Part shown: piece by piece, positions 50,824 through 63,574 of the stretch
How the letters are laid out: the number at the start of each line of letters is the position of its first letter
Position numbering within the stretch: the first letter of the stretch is position 1
Source of the DNA: Amoebidium appalachense
Lineage: Eukaryota; Protista; Ichthyosporea
NCBI GenBank assembly: GCA_963693365.1
Contig: CAVNZM010000002.1
Location: 496,001-560,000, forward strand
Length of the DNA stretch: 64,000 nucleotides
Direction: 5' to 3'
Translations under genes and position numbers: made by a program
Notes under the pieces: generated by a model
Databases searched by the model: none
What the model was told of the DNA's origin: nothing
Seen by the model: only the letters and a program-made list of their open reading frames with translations

Positions 50824-50944
50824 TCTCTGTTACAAGCATATAGCCACTCACATGCACATACGCACAGGCACCCTTGTGTGCGCGCGCACCCACACATCCC
50901 CCCCTCTCTTTCGAGGGTCTAACAAACTCTCCTCCCGTGCAGTT

Positions 50945-50982
<38 letters not shown>

Positions 50983-51894
50983 CAACCAACAGCCACCCCT
51001 TCTCTCTAAATTCAAGGAAACAATGCACACGGCATAAAACGAAGCCACAAAAAGCTTTTCACCGCAGTATGCGTCAACAACCCGCACACGCCCGCACACC
51101 GTGCCCGCAAACGCCAAAAGCACATCCGCGTGTTTTCGAGTTCGCCTGCCTGCCCGCCAGCCCACCCATGCACATGCACACGTAAATGCACACAGCCTAC
51201 AGAAGAAAATACAGAATTTTTTTTATTTTTTTTATTTTTTTTATTTTTTTATTTTTTTATTTTTTTTTATTTTATCCCGTTTCACTCCCGGCGAGGCACT
51301 GCCTCAGGGGAGCTTACCGTCTTCCGCCTAGACACAGATCGTACTGTATAGCACACTCATAAGTCAGGGAAGAAAATACAGAAGGGGGGGAAGAAAATGG
51401 AACGGAAAAAAAAGAAGAAGAAGGAAAGCTTGCAAGGAAAACAGAAAAATACGCGATGAACTCATTGGCAAGTTAGCCGCCAACTGCCCCAATCTCCCAA
51501 TATACATTTGGTACCCCATTGCATCATAGCGTCAAGTTTGATATTAGATGCATTATCAAAACCTGCATCTCTGAGCAGACATGTGCTCCACACACGTGCA
51601 CACACAAGAATGCAGGCCCAAATTTTAACCATTGCTACACTAGTACTAAGCGGCATTTCATATTTCAGAGGTTTGATTACAATGTATTCGTCTCGGCAAC
51701 TGAGGTCAAGCTACACCCTCCCTCCCCTACTAGTCCCCACCCCTTCTAACATGCACACAATGCAAGGCTACCGGGCTAGTGGAATATGGAAGCACCGAAA
51801 CGCAAACGGATGGCAGTCACAGACACAGAGTCTGACATGCATGCGACACTGTGCACACGAGATTTCAGTCCATTTTGCAGGCACACACCAAACA

Positions 51895-52365
51895 CACATG
51901 CACACACATGCATACAGGTGCACGTGCACGCATACAGGTGCACGTGCATGCACACACGTGCATACAGGTGCACGTGCACGTGCACACACGTGCATACAGG
52001 TGCATGTGCACGTGCACACGTGCATACAGGTGCACGTGCACGTGCACACACGTGCATACAGGTGCATGTGCACACACGTGCATACAGGTGCATGTGCACG
52101 TGCACACACGTGCATACAGGTGCACGTGCACGTGCACACACGTGCATACAGGTGCACGTGTACATGCTCACACGTGCATACACGTGCACATGCACGTGCA
52201 CACACGTGCATACAGGTGCACGTGCACGTGCACACACATGCATACAGGTGCACGTGCACGTGCACACACATGCATGCAGGTGCACGTGCACATGCACACA
52301 CGTGCATACAGGTGACGTGCACACACATGCATACACGTGCACACACATGCACACACGTGCACGCA
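51895..52365. repeat. ~30-bp minisatellite (GCACACACGTGCATACAGGTGCACGTGCAC)n
   Basis: Many tandem variants. Confidence 0.9.
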
Positions 52366-53118
52366 GGTACATTCTGGCACGTGCACCCGAGCACACACAT
52401 ACACACGCACTCAGGCAAGCAAGCATGTACATGCACACACAAAAAACACATGCAGACATGTGCACAAATACACGTACATCGCCAAAGGCACACACACACA
52501 CATGGTCACACACGAGCACATCCGCACATGCACACATCCGCACATGCATACGTGCGCACAACCTCAGTAGCTCAAACAGCTTGATCCAGGTCCACCCACA
52601 TTCACGAACATCACGAGGCACACAGACACATGTTATAGTTGGTGCAGCATTTACTTGCTAAATACACTAGAAGCATTCATTCGTCCTTCATGTTTACAAG
52701 ATAGTTCTGCGTAACAGTGCTGAGTCTTCTCAACACTACCTCACCCTCACAATAACTCCGACCTACATTCCTAAAGATGTGATATGAGACCTATCCTGAT
52801 AAAAGGAATACAACATCATATATATCGGGGAGAGAGTTACTCTTCCTCAGGCATCAGCATACATTCAAGCGTCATTACAATGGTCACCTGGGCAACACAG
52901 CCATCCACCCAACCCCACCACCGCATGATGTATGCACCTACTCTTCCCAAACCTCTGCCCACATATCACACCCATTGTGTCCCTTGTCCACACCGCACAC
53001 GCACACGCGCATCCGTTACATTCACGTGCACCTACAAACCTACCAGCACACACGCCTGTCTCTGCTTACAGCGCAGCACACATTCTAAACACACACCCGT
53101 GCACGTGCCCACACCCAA

Positions 53119-54742
53119 CTAGGCCATTGTAGGCAGCAGGCGGGAGACGGACAGCACGACATAGATGAAGGACAGCCCTATGCCCATAGCCATCACAAGC
53201 CCCACCTGTAACGCACACCGATCGGTGGGTATTGTGAATATTCAGTTTAATGACACTGTGATGAAAATTAGGTTTCTTTGCTAGCAGATAGAGAAGTACG
53301 TTTGTGGTTGCGTATGTGCTGGTGGTGGTGGTATGGGCGCGGGAGACGTTGGCGCGCGCAGGGGGAGGGGGGGGGGCGGGGGTTGTCGTCGGAATGTGTT
53401 TACAGAATACGAGTGCACAGTTATGTCGGACAACACAAATGCAGATTTGCAAATAAGAAAACACACGACGAGTATGCATCATAGGTAGATCCCATCCTCC
53501 TTACCCCTGGGATCGATAGGAAGGCCCGCGCAGGGGGAGAAGGGGGGGGGGGGGGGGGGGGGGGAGGGGGGGGAGGGAAGTGAGAAAGAGAGAGAGAGAG
53601 AGTGAGAGGGGGAGGGGAGGAAGTGTGAGAGGGAGAGAGAGAGAGGGAGACAGAAGTGTGCGTCACGGTGCGCACGTGTGTGTGTGTGTGTCAGCTAAAG
53701 GAGGGGAGTTTGGGGGTCGGAGGGGAGGGGAGGGGGAGGATGAGGGCACGGGGGGATGTGGTAAAAGACACGAGGGGGGGTGACAAGGCTGGGAAGAAGG
53801 GAGCGAGGGGGAGGGGGAGGGGGGGGGGGGGGTTGTGTGCTACGGTGTGTACTGCTCTTTTGGTAGCCATAAGGGTTGGTGGTGGTGATGGTGGAGGGGG
53901 GGGGAGGGGGGGTGCGGATCAGGGAAGAATGCTTAACACAGAGGAAGGGGACTCGGGGATGGCAAATGACATGTGCCTCATAATAGACCATGAAGGGTGC
54001 CGGGGGGTGGGGGGAGAGGGGGGGGGGGGGGGGGGAGGGGAGGAGGGGGGCAAAGTTGGCAGATTGAACAGAAGCTTGAGGGACTGGCACTCTGTCGGGA
54101 GGCCGAGGGGTGTAGGGGGGCGCCCGAAGCGGTGGAGGGGGAGGAGGGGGGAAGGGGCAAAATGGCTACCACAGAGTCCAAAAAGAAAACACCCACCCAT
54201 ACCCCGTGCCTCTGCCAAGCAGCACATGCACACACCTGTGGCTCGTAGATACCATTCTTGCACACCAACCCTATCAACACCGCAGTTATAGCCCCAGTAT
54301 ACGCCGTCACCAGCACGCCGAAAGCATTGAAGATGGTGATGATCAGAGGCCACCTTTTGATGTCTTTTCGAAACGTCCAGCAGGCAACCAGACCGGCAAC
54401 AGTGTGGATGCACAACATGGACATGAGCATCCAGAAGAACACAAACAGGAAGATGTCCTGCACAGAGCTGCATCGGATAAATGAGGAGGGCAAGTAATTT
54501 TTTTTAAAATGTTGCTCAAGGGAATGAAGGTAAAACAAGGCATTCCAAAGGACCACAGTTAACTGCCCAGAAACCAGCCAGTTAAAAAAACCTGTCGAGC
54601 TTGTGAGCACGAGTACATGCCAAAACACAAAAAATGGGGGGCACGTAGCGGTTGTTATCGGTCGGTTGTTATATAAGACAACGTTCAGAGGACACCGAGG
54701 GAGGCTACAAAACAACCAGGTGCATTTCCCCGCCCGCCCCAT
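53119..54742 (-). CDS. TMEM170: TMEM170-family membrane protein; exons 54591-54236 and 53205-53119, 5' exon(s) uncertain (possible ATG at 54742 or 55464)
   Basis: [30 protein letters not shown]...[14 protein letters not shown]...[28 protein letters not shown] parallels the TMEM170 pattern VFLWAL..HVPAGLLA.FTLR...SFLRILATL. Confidence 0.75.
53391..53511 (-). repeat. Degenerate 3' fragment of the structured repeat
   Basis: Reverse complement GAGGATGGGATCTACCTATGATGCATACTC...TTTGCAAATCTGCATTTGTGTTGTCCG...CACTCGTATT. Confidence 0.6.
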
Positions 54743-55102
54743 CACTGCTTCTTCATCCCCATCTCTTAAAAGACACACACACACAAACAAACACACACAC
54801 ACGCACACACACACGCACGCACGCACGCACACACACACACGCTGACACAAGCACACACATACAGACACAGACACACAGGAACAAACACACACACACACAC
54901 AGACACAGACATACAGACACAGACACACACACACACACACGTGTGACTCTTCGACTGAATTTTGCTTGCTTTTGCTTCACAGACACCCCCTCATTCCTAT
55001 TTTTACACCCACGCACACGATCTCCCTCCCTTCCTTCTCCGTCTCTTCGAACTTATTAATCACGTCCATACCTTGTGTATATATTTCTGCAATACCCCTC
55101 AG

Positions 55103-55133
<31 letters not shown>

Positions 55134-55794
55134 TTCTCACCCCAACCCCCCCCACCTCCCTCGTGCCCTCCACCCACTCTCCATAGAAGCCTTTGTCCTG
55201 TCTTTAAAAAGGTTCTGTCTCCCCCTGCTGCTTCCTCACCCGCCCGTACGCCTCCCTCCCATTTGCTCTGCATCGTGAACACACAAAATTGACTCTCCTC
55301 TCTTCCCACCTGCCTTGTTTGAATTCGTACCTACCCTATCCTAGGCCTCCCACGCCGACAACAAAGACTGTGTCAGGCACCAATCACGCCAAAAGCACAA
55401 ACAAAGCATACAGAACACACCTTAGGGCACTAGTGGGGTTGATGTCCAGCCAGGGGTTTGCCATCCTTCCTTTGCCCTCTCACATTCACCGGAGGTTTAT
55501 TATATTATGGGGTTACCCAGCCCGTGCATAAGCGTTCATGGCTGTGGTCAGGAAATACAACTACCCAAGCGGCTTCCTGGTGCAGAGAAAGGACACCGTG
55601 CACATATGACATACCAAAAAAACAAAACAAAAACTTCTCCTCGGTGGTCTAGGTGCCCACACACGAAACAAATCCACTTGTAAAGTGTGCAGTCTGCTGT
55701 GTGTACCTGACTCACACAATCAATGTGCTGGGATGAAGATCACAATCTTATACACGGACAGATACACGGACATGGCCACGGCCCTCTGAAAAAT

Positions 55795-56322
55795 GGCCCC
55801 CGACTGGACCTGTTCGAATGGCCAGGTCTGGGTCCAGATGCATAATTGCCCGAATGGACCTGAAGTTCGATCGAAAGGCCAGGTCCAGGTCTGGCAGCGC
55901 GTGATGGAATGCGGCCAAATTCCACCAATGGAACCGGAAACCGGCCGGCGTTGGACTAACGGCAGGCCGCTGAATGCGTGAGTCACGTCCAGATTCGGTA
56001 GCAGCTGGACGTGCCAGCGGCGGCGGCTAGGTCAGGAGTGGTTTTAGGTTTTATAGAATCATTATTTTAGGTAATCGACTGGGATCACAGATTGATCGAC
56101 CAATCAGCTGTAATTAGACCGCATTCCTGCGATGGGATGACAGGCTGAAAACCGATGCATCGTTTTCCAGCCTGTCTGTCGTCCAGGTTCCGGACATTGG
56201 AATGCGGATTCTGGACGTCCAGATCTAATCCAACAGATCGTTGGTCTGATACGAGGAATTTGGCCGCATTCCATCACCCGCTGCCAGACCTGGACCTGGC
56301 CGTTCGAACAGGTCCACTTGGC
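55795..56322. mobile_element. MITE/foldback-like element with long inverted repeats
   Basis: About 55877-55923 is the near-perfect reverse complement of 56255-56301; TGGACCTGTTCGAATGGCCAGG (about 55805-55826) is inverted at about 56294-56316. No TSD identified. Confidence 0.65.
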
Positions 56323-58382
56323 GTGCGGCACCGGGCCGCACCAGTCTTACCAGTCCGCACCGGGGCAGCCTGCCAGTGTGCCTGTCACTCACTGTCGAAG
56401 TGCCCGCTGATGGCATCCCACCCCCACCTCGGTGGTGCATCCCCCCCCCCCCCCCCCCCCCCCCCCCGCTCACCCTCAACCTCCCCCATCCCCCTGGCGC
56501 GCTGGGCAAACACCTCTCAAAGCTTATGGTGCTCATGATGCGGGTGATGTGTGTGTGTAATCATCGTGTTGTTTGGACGAGCGGAACAATATTCCCGACT
56601 CTACAACAATGTGAGTACTGTGTTGCCACAGTGCGCGTGGGTATTGCATGCTGTGTGTGTACGTGCGCGCACACACGTGTGTGTTGGACATTGTGTTCAT
56701 AGAAGCTAGTTCTAGTGCACGTTGTTCCTTCTGTAAGTCAGAAATGATTGCATCTTGTGAGGCCAACCTCTGCTCCAGTAGTTGGACTAGTTGCTGCAAC
56801 TGTAAGTTGTCAGACATAGTGTCGTGTATGATGGGTAACTAGTCTATGTGTTTTGTGCACTGAAAACGACAGTAGAAAAGTGTAAATCAAACGTTCTGCT
56901 TCCCATGTTTGTGACGTGGGAGGCACTGCTTTATATAGTCGTTGGCCACCTCATGGTGGCCTCGTGTGCACCCTGGTGGTGGGCCATGTACAGCATGGCC
57001 GAAAAGAGAGCACAATGAAAACAAGTCGTTAAAGATATAAAAGTTAACTGTGCACGTTGAGTGGCTAGTTAACTTGTACTAAAGCACACAAATAAACGTG
57101 TTTAACACACCAATTGCAGTTAAACGTAAATCTTACTTCACACAACTAAAAATATTCTGAGAATATCCGGGAATAAAGCACACTACCACTCTAAGAATAG
57201 AATCCTGTGGCAAATATAGACGTCATGACATCATCTGAACCGGGAATATTAATTAATGAGCACAATTAGGACGTTGCTAGTGAAGCTCGTCATTGGTACA
57301 GTTTTGGCTCAAACATATAACTACCATATATGAATATGACCGTAAACAAAAAGCTCTATGCACTCGAGTGAGTGTTGAAACAATTATTCAATTGCTCAGA
57401 AACTTTCTCTAACAGACATTGCTAGCCGGGAGTACCAGTGTACTCCAACAGTGTGTACATGTGTGTGTGCACGTGCACGTGTGAAGCCACGGCATGTTCA
57501 CTTCGTGTGACAGTGGTACCGTGCCTGAGTTTGTCTACTTTCATTGTGTCACAGCAGACACACGTTTATGTTAATAACATATATGTGCGTCAGTTTGGGT
57601 GTATGTGTGTTGATCATCGTTGTTGGCGTTGCGTGGATGCCATGCACGTGTATGCGCCATCAGTAATAAGTATCTAGTACATAGAGAGAGAGGTGGGTGG
57701 CCACGGAAATTTAACGGGGAGCAAAGTTTAAGATTTTCGAGAGGCTCGCGGAGAGAGGAGGGTGTGTGTGTGTGGGGGGGGAGGGGAACACGGGGAGTGA
57801 CTCGAGGGAAGGGACTCCGAGAAAGGTTCGCCGAGAAATATGTGCCACGATCCATGTGTAATATGCGAGGGATTTGGGCGCGTTTACTCGAGCTCAGTGC
57901 AGCTTCCTGAGTCCTTCTGACGACGTGAGTTTTAAATGTGTTCGCCTGTGTTCCACGGAGCATGTGTGTGCCAGTAAGTCGCAGCATGTGTTCTTTAGTG
58001 CGTACGTGAATGCGGGCACGAGTGTGTAGATGTGCCACTGTCTTAGAGTAGTACTCCCGGGTACTACTGGGCGGATGTGACACTAGTGTACACATGCATC
58101 GTGTTATATATGTGAGCGTTTCAATTTAATGGGAAAAATACCGGGTAAGAAAGCAAGTGTAAATCTTGGAGGTTTCTTCTTCGAATCCCCCTGCAAACAC
58201 TCGCTCCCATGCGCCGTGTGACCACACGTCCTTTATGTATGTTCAGGTCCACGGAACTGTCGACAGACAACCAATGATCCGGATAGCAGGCAAATTCAAA
58301 TACACATCCCCAAAATGGTCGGTTGAGACATAAGCTATTAAAGGTGGTGTTCACCGGTATGACCATTCACTCTGGAAACTTA

Positions 58383-59323
58383 CAGCAAAATTGGAAAATC
58401 GGGCCACTTTTTTAATCGGGCCACCTTGGATGTAACTTCGCTTAAAGCCCCATCTTAGCTCCTGCGGAAGTATAGTAAAACCCCTCGTGCATACTTGCAT
58501 ATCTTTCCGTCGAATAAATCCAGTCAAAAGAAAAAAAAAAAAAAGAAAAACCCCCCCCCTCCTTTTTGGTGTCGCTGGACGGTATACACTAAGAGCTATA
58601 AGGAGACACCCGGAGGGCCAGGGCCGCTGTTGATATGGGCTGGTGGAGGCGGTTCAAAACACGACGATCCTGAAAAAACGGCCAAGATTTTAAGGATCAT
58701 GGCGACCTGGTGTATGAACTAAAGCCCCCAAAAATTCGAAAAAATATGGAAAATTTTGTTTTAAAGTAGGTGAGCATATATTACATATATATATAGAATT
58801 ATTGTATACATATTATGATATTAATTTGTACTTGTTAAACACACTGCAGAGCATGAGATGTACGGCGTCAAGAACATGCATATACAGTACGTGATGCTGA
58901 TGTTGCCATAGCACCTCCCGGTAAGCAAGCTTTCGCATAAAGAGCGGATGTAACAGCCGTGAACCATAGAAAAATGCTAGCTATTATTAGAGCTAACTGC
59001 TTTTCCACGACAATATTGTAGTAGCACAGAGCTTTATGTCAACACCACAGGCGCATCTCTGCAGGCCACGTCCGAGCCTCAGTCGCGGGCCGAATAAAAA
59101 ATATTCCAAAATGAGGTGCACATGATCGTCGCCGTCGCTAGTAAAAAAAAAAAATCCTATTTTTGTTGACTTTCATATATGTATATATGTATTAGTAGTA
59201 TTTAAAGTATTTTTTCCTTATTTTTGGCGATTTGTTTTCTTCTTTTTTACATATGAAAAAAGGTGTATGCACAATCCGCTGCCGAAAAGTATCGAAAAGT
59301 GGCCCGATTTTCCAATTTTGCTG
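58383..59323. mobile_element. Non-autonomous Tc1/mariner-type element
   Basis: Perfect terminal inverted repeats CAGCAAAATTGGAAAATCGGGCCACTTTT at both ends, flanked by TA (58381-82, 59324-25); no transposase ORF. Confidence 0.85.
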
Positions 59324-61572
59324 TATACGTAAACCTTGTAAAAGTGCTCTGTCTGTAATAAGCTTAGTTCCAGTTTGGCAGACCCTTGAAAACACGCCGT
59401 GGCACAGCGCTAGCGGTACGAGCGTTGGCCGTTTGATGCGCTGGTCTTCGATATTTTCTTTAGTTTTCAAACATATGCATGCCTTTCATGATTGTCCTCT
59501 CTTGTGGTATATTATACCGGATATCTAGTATGGATGTACACAGGTTGAGATATACGCGCACGTGTACATGTATATATACCACTGTGTTTGATCTTAGGCA
59601 GGCCAGTATGCATGTCCCCCCAGTCTTGTGCGCATGAGCATAGAGTTAAACATATGTGCACGTGCAACTTGCAGGATTATTCATGGGAAAACAGATATAA
59701 TAGTCACATGGGACCGACACGTAGTAGAGGAACCATGAGCGTTCAATAAGTTATAGTTTTTATCATGGGAAAATATGCAAGTAGCCGTGAGGTATGACTG
59801 TGGAATGCATCGATAATCAAGTACTGTCACCCGATTGGCTCACTAGGTTTATTGGAACCGTGATAGCCATGGGACAGAACCGTGAACCGTATGTGATTGG
59901 CTCTCGTAGCCAAAAAGCACATACCGATGCGCATGTCTGAGTCGCTGTGCGAGCTCCGATATAAGGGCATGTCGGGGGCTTCAGAGCTCACTCAGTGTGC
60001 TCGGCTTACTAGGTGTAAGTAGGACTAGCACGTAACTAAGCAAAGCGTGGTCTAGTCAACCCCGTTCATTTATAAACATATTGTTTGTCACAGACACACG
60101 ATCATATTATACAACAGCTGAGCTACACCCCCTGCAGCGCTAGTTCTTGCGCTGCAAGTGTGCTCGTATCAAGCAAGTACTATGTTTTTAGTTGTTTGGG
60201 TTCTAACATGTCTAACCACCTTGGTGACAACAATGCCGGCCCTAGTGGCCTGCATGGGGGGGAAGCTAGAAACGCCGACCTCATTTTCCTTGAAGAACTC
60301 GGCTATAATGTTCCCCTTTCCCCCCCCAGCGCTTCACCGTGGCACCCTCCTGGAGCAGACATTCCGTTGCTCGACCGTGTCTACTTCCGCTCACACGACT
60401 TGCAACACGACAATCAATACTGCTTCTCTTTTCATTCAGGGGAAACCGACTACGGCCAATCATTTGACCCCGAAGACCTGCCACCTGAAGATAATCGACA
60501 TTCATCAGTCGACCTTCTCCACGGGCTGGAAGTCGAGGTCAACGCAAACGCAAGCAGAGGCACCAGACGCCCTGGTACGCGCCCTAACGGAGTATGCAAA
60601 TTTGCACAACAAGACGGGCGTGAGCCTGGCAGCTTGGTGCTGGTGCGTTCTTGGGTGTCTCCTTCTGTTCATGCTGCTGGCATTTTTGGTATCGAAGTTT
60701 GCCAGCTGTACAGCGCGCACGGCACTGTACCGTTCGTCGTCGGCACTCACCATGCTCCACCAACAACTACTCGCCCTCGCGAATGTATTCACTTCCAGGC
60801 AAAACTACGCGTGCCTTTCAGGGCAGTCTTCCCCCATCACTAAGTCACATGAATTTATCAATCAGTTAGTGACTCTTAGTCGTGGTGAGCTCGACCTAGT
60901 GGTTACTGTAAACATCTGTACACGCCGTACATGTTTACTATTACGAATATACTGTACATATCATAGTGATCACGTAGATATTGTGTACATATGATCAGAT
61001 CAATATCACACGCGACAGCCGCGGGCTGCGGCTCACGACTGAGCCGCGGCGCCGGCAATATGCAGTGGCCGTGCAGTCAGTATGAACCAATAGAATTCGA
61101 GAACCGCTAGGATAGGAATGCAAGTCTCATCCACTACGGAGGCGACATCTATAGCTAAACGAACGGAACCAATAAGGAAATCAGACCCTGGCAGTTGCAT
61201 AAACCTAAACGGGCTTAAGTATTGACCAATCATTTGCCACAAAGTTATCCTTTTAGTTAGCTTCATGTTATTGGTGCACTGTGTGCACATAAAGACGACC
61301 GCACTCTTCTGACTGGTCAGAAGTCACGAAGGCATCAATGCCACCCATCCAGATGATCCGGAACCTGGGGGCTATATAAACAAGCCGTCCCAGTACGGGG
61401 GATCACTCTGAACGAGCACATTAAATAGTAACCTGGCCGCGTGTGCCTTACTACCCGTTCTCTGTCTTTATTCTGATTCAGTTGTTCTCTGCCTTATCCC
61501 AACTAGTTCAACTGTTTACATTGGCGACCGCGCAGTTCCAGAATCTCACATCTTTCAAGAATCTCTTCAACC

Positions 61573-62613
61573 ATGGCGGGCGAATTTGACGACTACCCTG
61601 TACTCTCGGACAATGAAAGCAAACTGACACGTGACACCAAGAAGCCTACCGCAGTCAAACCGCCGCCCCCAACGCAGAAGAAAGCCAAGACTCCGGGGCA
61701 GGGCACGAAAACACTCCCCACCCCTCCCCCTACACAGCCTCGTGCTCCCCAGAAACCGAACACGATCACAAAACCCAACACACACACGAACACAAAGGCA
61801 ACTACGAAGCCCACTGGCAACGAACAAACGAAGCCCAACGAAAGCACGAAACCCAAAGACAAAACGAAGCGCAACGAACACACGAAAACCAACGAACATA
61901 CGAACACCAACGAACACACGAACACCAACAAACACACGAACGAACTTCAAGTAGCAACGAAGGAAAAAACGAAACAAGACCGGGACACTGCCACAGCTCT
62001 GGCAGAGGTGCGGGGCCGTGTTCTCTCCAAGTTCTATCGTATTGAAACTCTGAGACGTGCCATTCAAACTGCAATCGATGCTGGGCGGCCTGTGATGGAC
62101 CTCGAAGCTGATGTCGCGCAGATTTACAGTGAGATTTCGCAGATGGAAGACACCACACTGTCTAGAATGTTGTGCACGTCCGCGAAATGGTCTGAGTTGG
62201 AGCGGGAAGCACAGTTGGTGGCTGAGGCACGTGTGAAAAATACGACGGTGCCCACCACCCCCCGTCCTCCCCCACCCACCACAGGCAAGAAGCCTTTGTC
62301 CCCGGTCCCATCTGGGTGCACTGATCCCAAGGTAATTGCACCTCCCGCACCCCCCACTAAATTTACATATAAGGATGTGCTTGCGCGCACACTCAGCTAC
62401 ACTGATTCTGATGCTGAAAATGAAGAAAAACACGAACAAAGTTACGAAGACACACCCACAAACGAAAACGAACACATGACTGCGAAAGTGCATGAAGAAG
62501 ATCACTTCGACCAGCCTAAAGCACCCGTATTTAACGAAATCCCCCTTGCAGGATCCCCTCTGGCGTCTGCAGGTGGACTGGCAGGCACGCCAAGGCGCCC
62601 CGAGAGGCTCTGA
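61573..62613 (+). CDS. Retrotransposon ORF1 / N-terminal part of Gag (NEHT-type hexapeptide repeats, coiled coil)
   Basis: ATG in good context 52 nt after the LTR; 346-aa open frame. Confidence 0.7.
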   Translation: MAGEFDDYPVLSDNESKLTRDTKKPTAVKPPPPTQKKAKTPGQGTKTLPTPPPTQPRAPQKPNTITKPNTHTNTKATTKPTGNEQTKPNESTKPKDKTKRNEHTKTNEHTNTNEHTNTNKHTNELQVATKEKTKQDRDTATALAEVRGRVLSKFYRIETLRRAIQTAIDAGRPVMDLEADVAQIYSEISQMEDTTLSRMLCTSAKWSELEREAQLVAEARVKNTTVPTTPRPPPPTTGKKPLSPVPSGCTDPKVIAPPAPPTKFTYKDVLARTLSYTDSDAENEEKHEQSYEDTPTNENEHMTAKVHEEDHFDQPKAPVFNEIPLAGSPLASAGGLAGTPRRPERL

Positions 62614-63574
62614 TGTCAGCACAGGCTCAGGAGGTAAGGCTGGGTCTATATTGAACAAGCACTTTGCAGAGCACGAAAAACTGTGGTTGCACCCTCTCCG
62701 CCAGTTGCATGCATCCGAATACGGCCCCATCTTGGCTGCATTGAAACTACCAGAATACAAGGGTGACTTGCAGGATAAATGCACGGTGATTGAATGGCTG
62801 CACGAATTTTCCCAGCAGATGTTTTGCATTGCAGGGGTCCCCCCCACACTTGCTGTTCGCTGGGCGGTGCAGTGCTTTCCTCTTGCTTCCCCCGCCCGTG
62901 TGTGGTACACGAATTTTACCAGGACACAGGGAGAACTCACGTTTGATGCATTTGCACATGCACTAGTTACGAAATTTCACGACCAGCGTGTGCAAGAGGC
63001 ACTCAGTGCCGAATTAAATGCACTCAAACAAGGCAAGCAAAAGGTGGCCGAATTTGCAAGCAGGCATGCGCGTTTGTGGGCACGTGTGTACCCCCTTAAG
63101 TCTGAGGCACACCAAATTTTGGATTTGTCTCACCGATTGGGTGGGGAAGACGAACAAGAATTTCGCAAATATCAACTCAGACAAACACGAAAAGAAGAAG
63201 AATTGACCCTGTCTGGAGTTGTTGCCTATCTCGCAGAAAAAGAAAGAGACAGGCACACACGAACCCCATCCACCATTCTAACACAGAAACCCCCCACAAA
63301 ACAGCAACCCGGTGGTGGATCTGGTGCCAGCGAGAAGCCGTCTATTTTTTCGCGCATGGGCACCACCCCCTGCAACCGTGGGTGCAAGTACGGCAGCCAC
63401 GCCGAAGGCAAGACGTGCCCGGCCCTCAAATTCGAATGCCACTCCTGCAAGCAGAAGGGGCACTTTGGGGGGTCACCAATTTGCCCCAAGTACGACCCCA
63501 ACTTTAAGAAGGGAACCCGCAAGGCAGAGATTGAGGCTAATCGGGCCAAGTTCAAGAGAGCACGTGTAGAATAG
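62492..63574 (+). CDS. gag: Gag capsid plus zinc knuckles
   Basis: LPEYKGD...EWL, ARVWY...TFDAFAHALVTKF...LKQGKQKVAEFASR (retrotransposon Gag/MHR-like), CHSCKQKGHF knuckle. Confidence 0.88.
   Translation: MKKITSTSLKHPYLTKSPLQDPLWRLQVDWQARQGAPRGSDVSTGSGGKAGSILNKHFAEHEKLWLHPLRQLHASEYGPILAALKLPEYKGDLQDKCTVIEWLHEFSQQMFCIAGVPPTLAVRWAVQCFPLASPARVWYTNFTRTQGELTFDAFAHALVTKFHDQRVQEALSAELNALKQGKQKVAEFASRHARLWARVYPLKSEAHQILDLSHRLGGEDEQEFRKYQLRQTRKEEELTLSGVVAYLAEKERDRHTRTPSTILTQKPPTKQQPGGGSGASEKPSIFSRMGTTPCNRGCKYGSHAEGKTCPALKFECHSCKQKGHFGGSPICPKYDPNFKKGTRKAEIEANRAKFKRARVE

Noticed and set aside
56533-56817. Short coiled-coil ORF with upstream TATA on minus strand
   Set aside because: No homology cue and no downstream exon identified.
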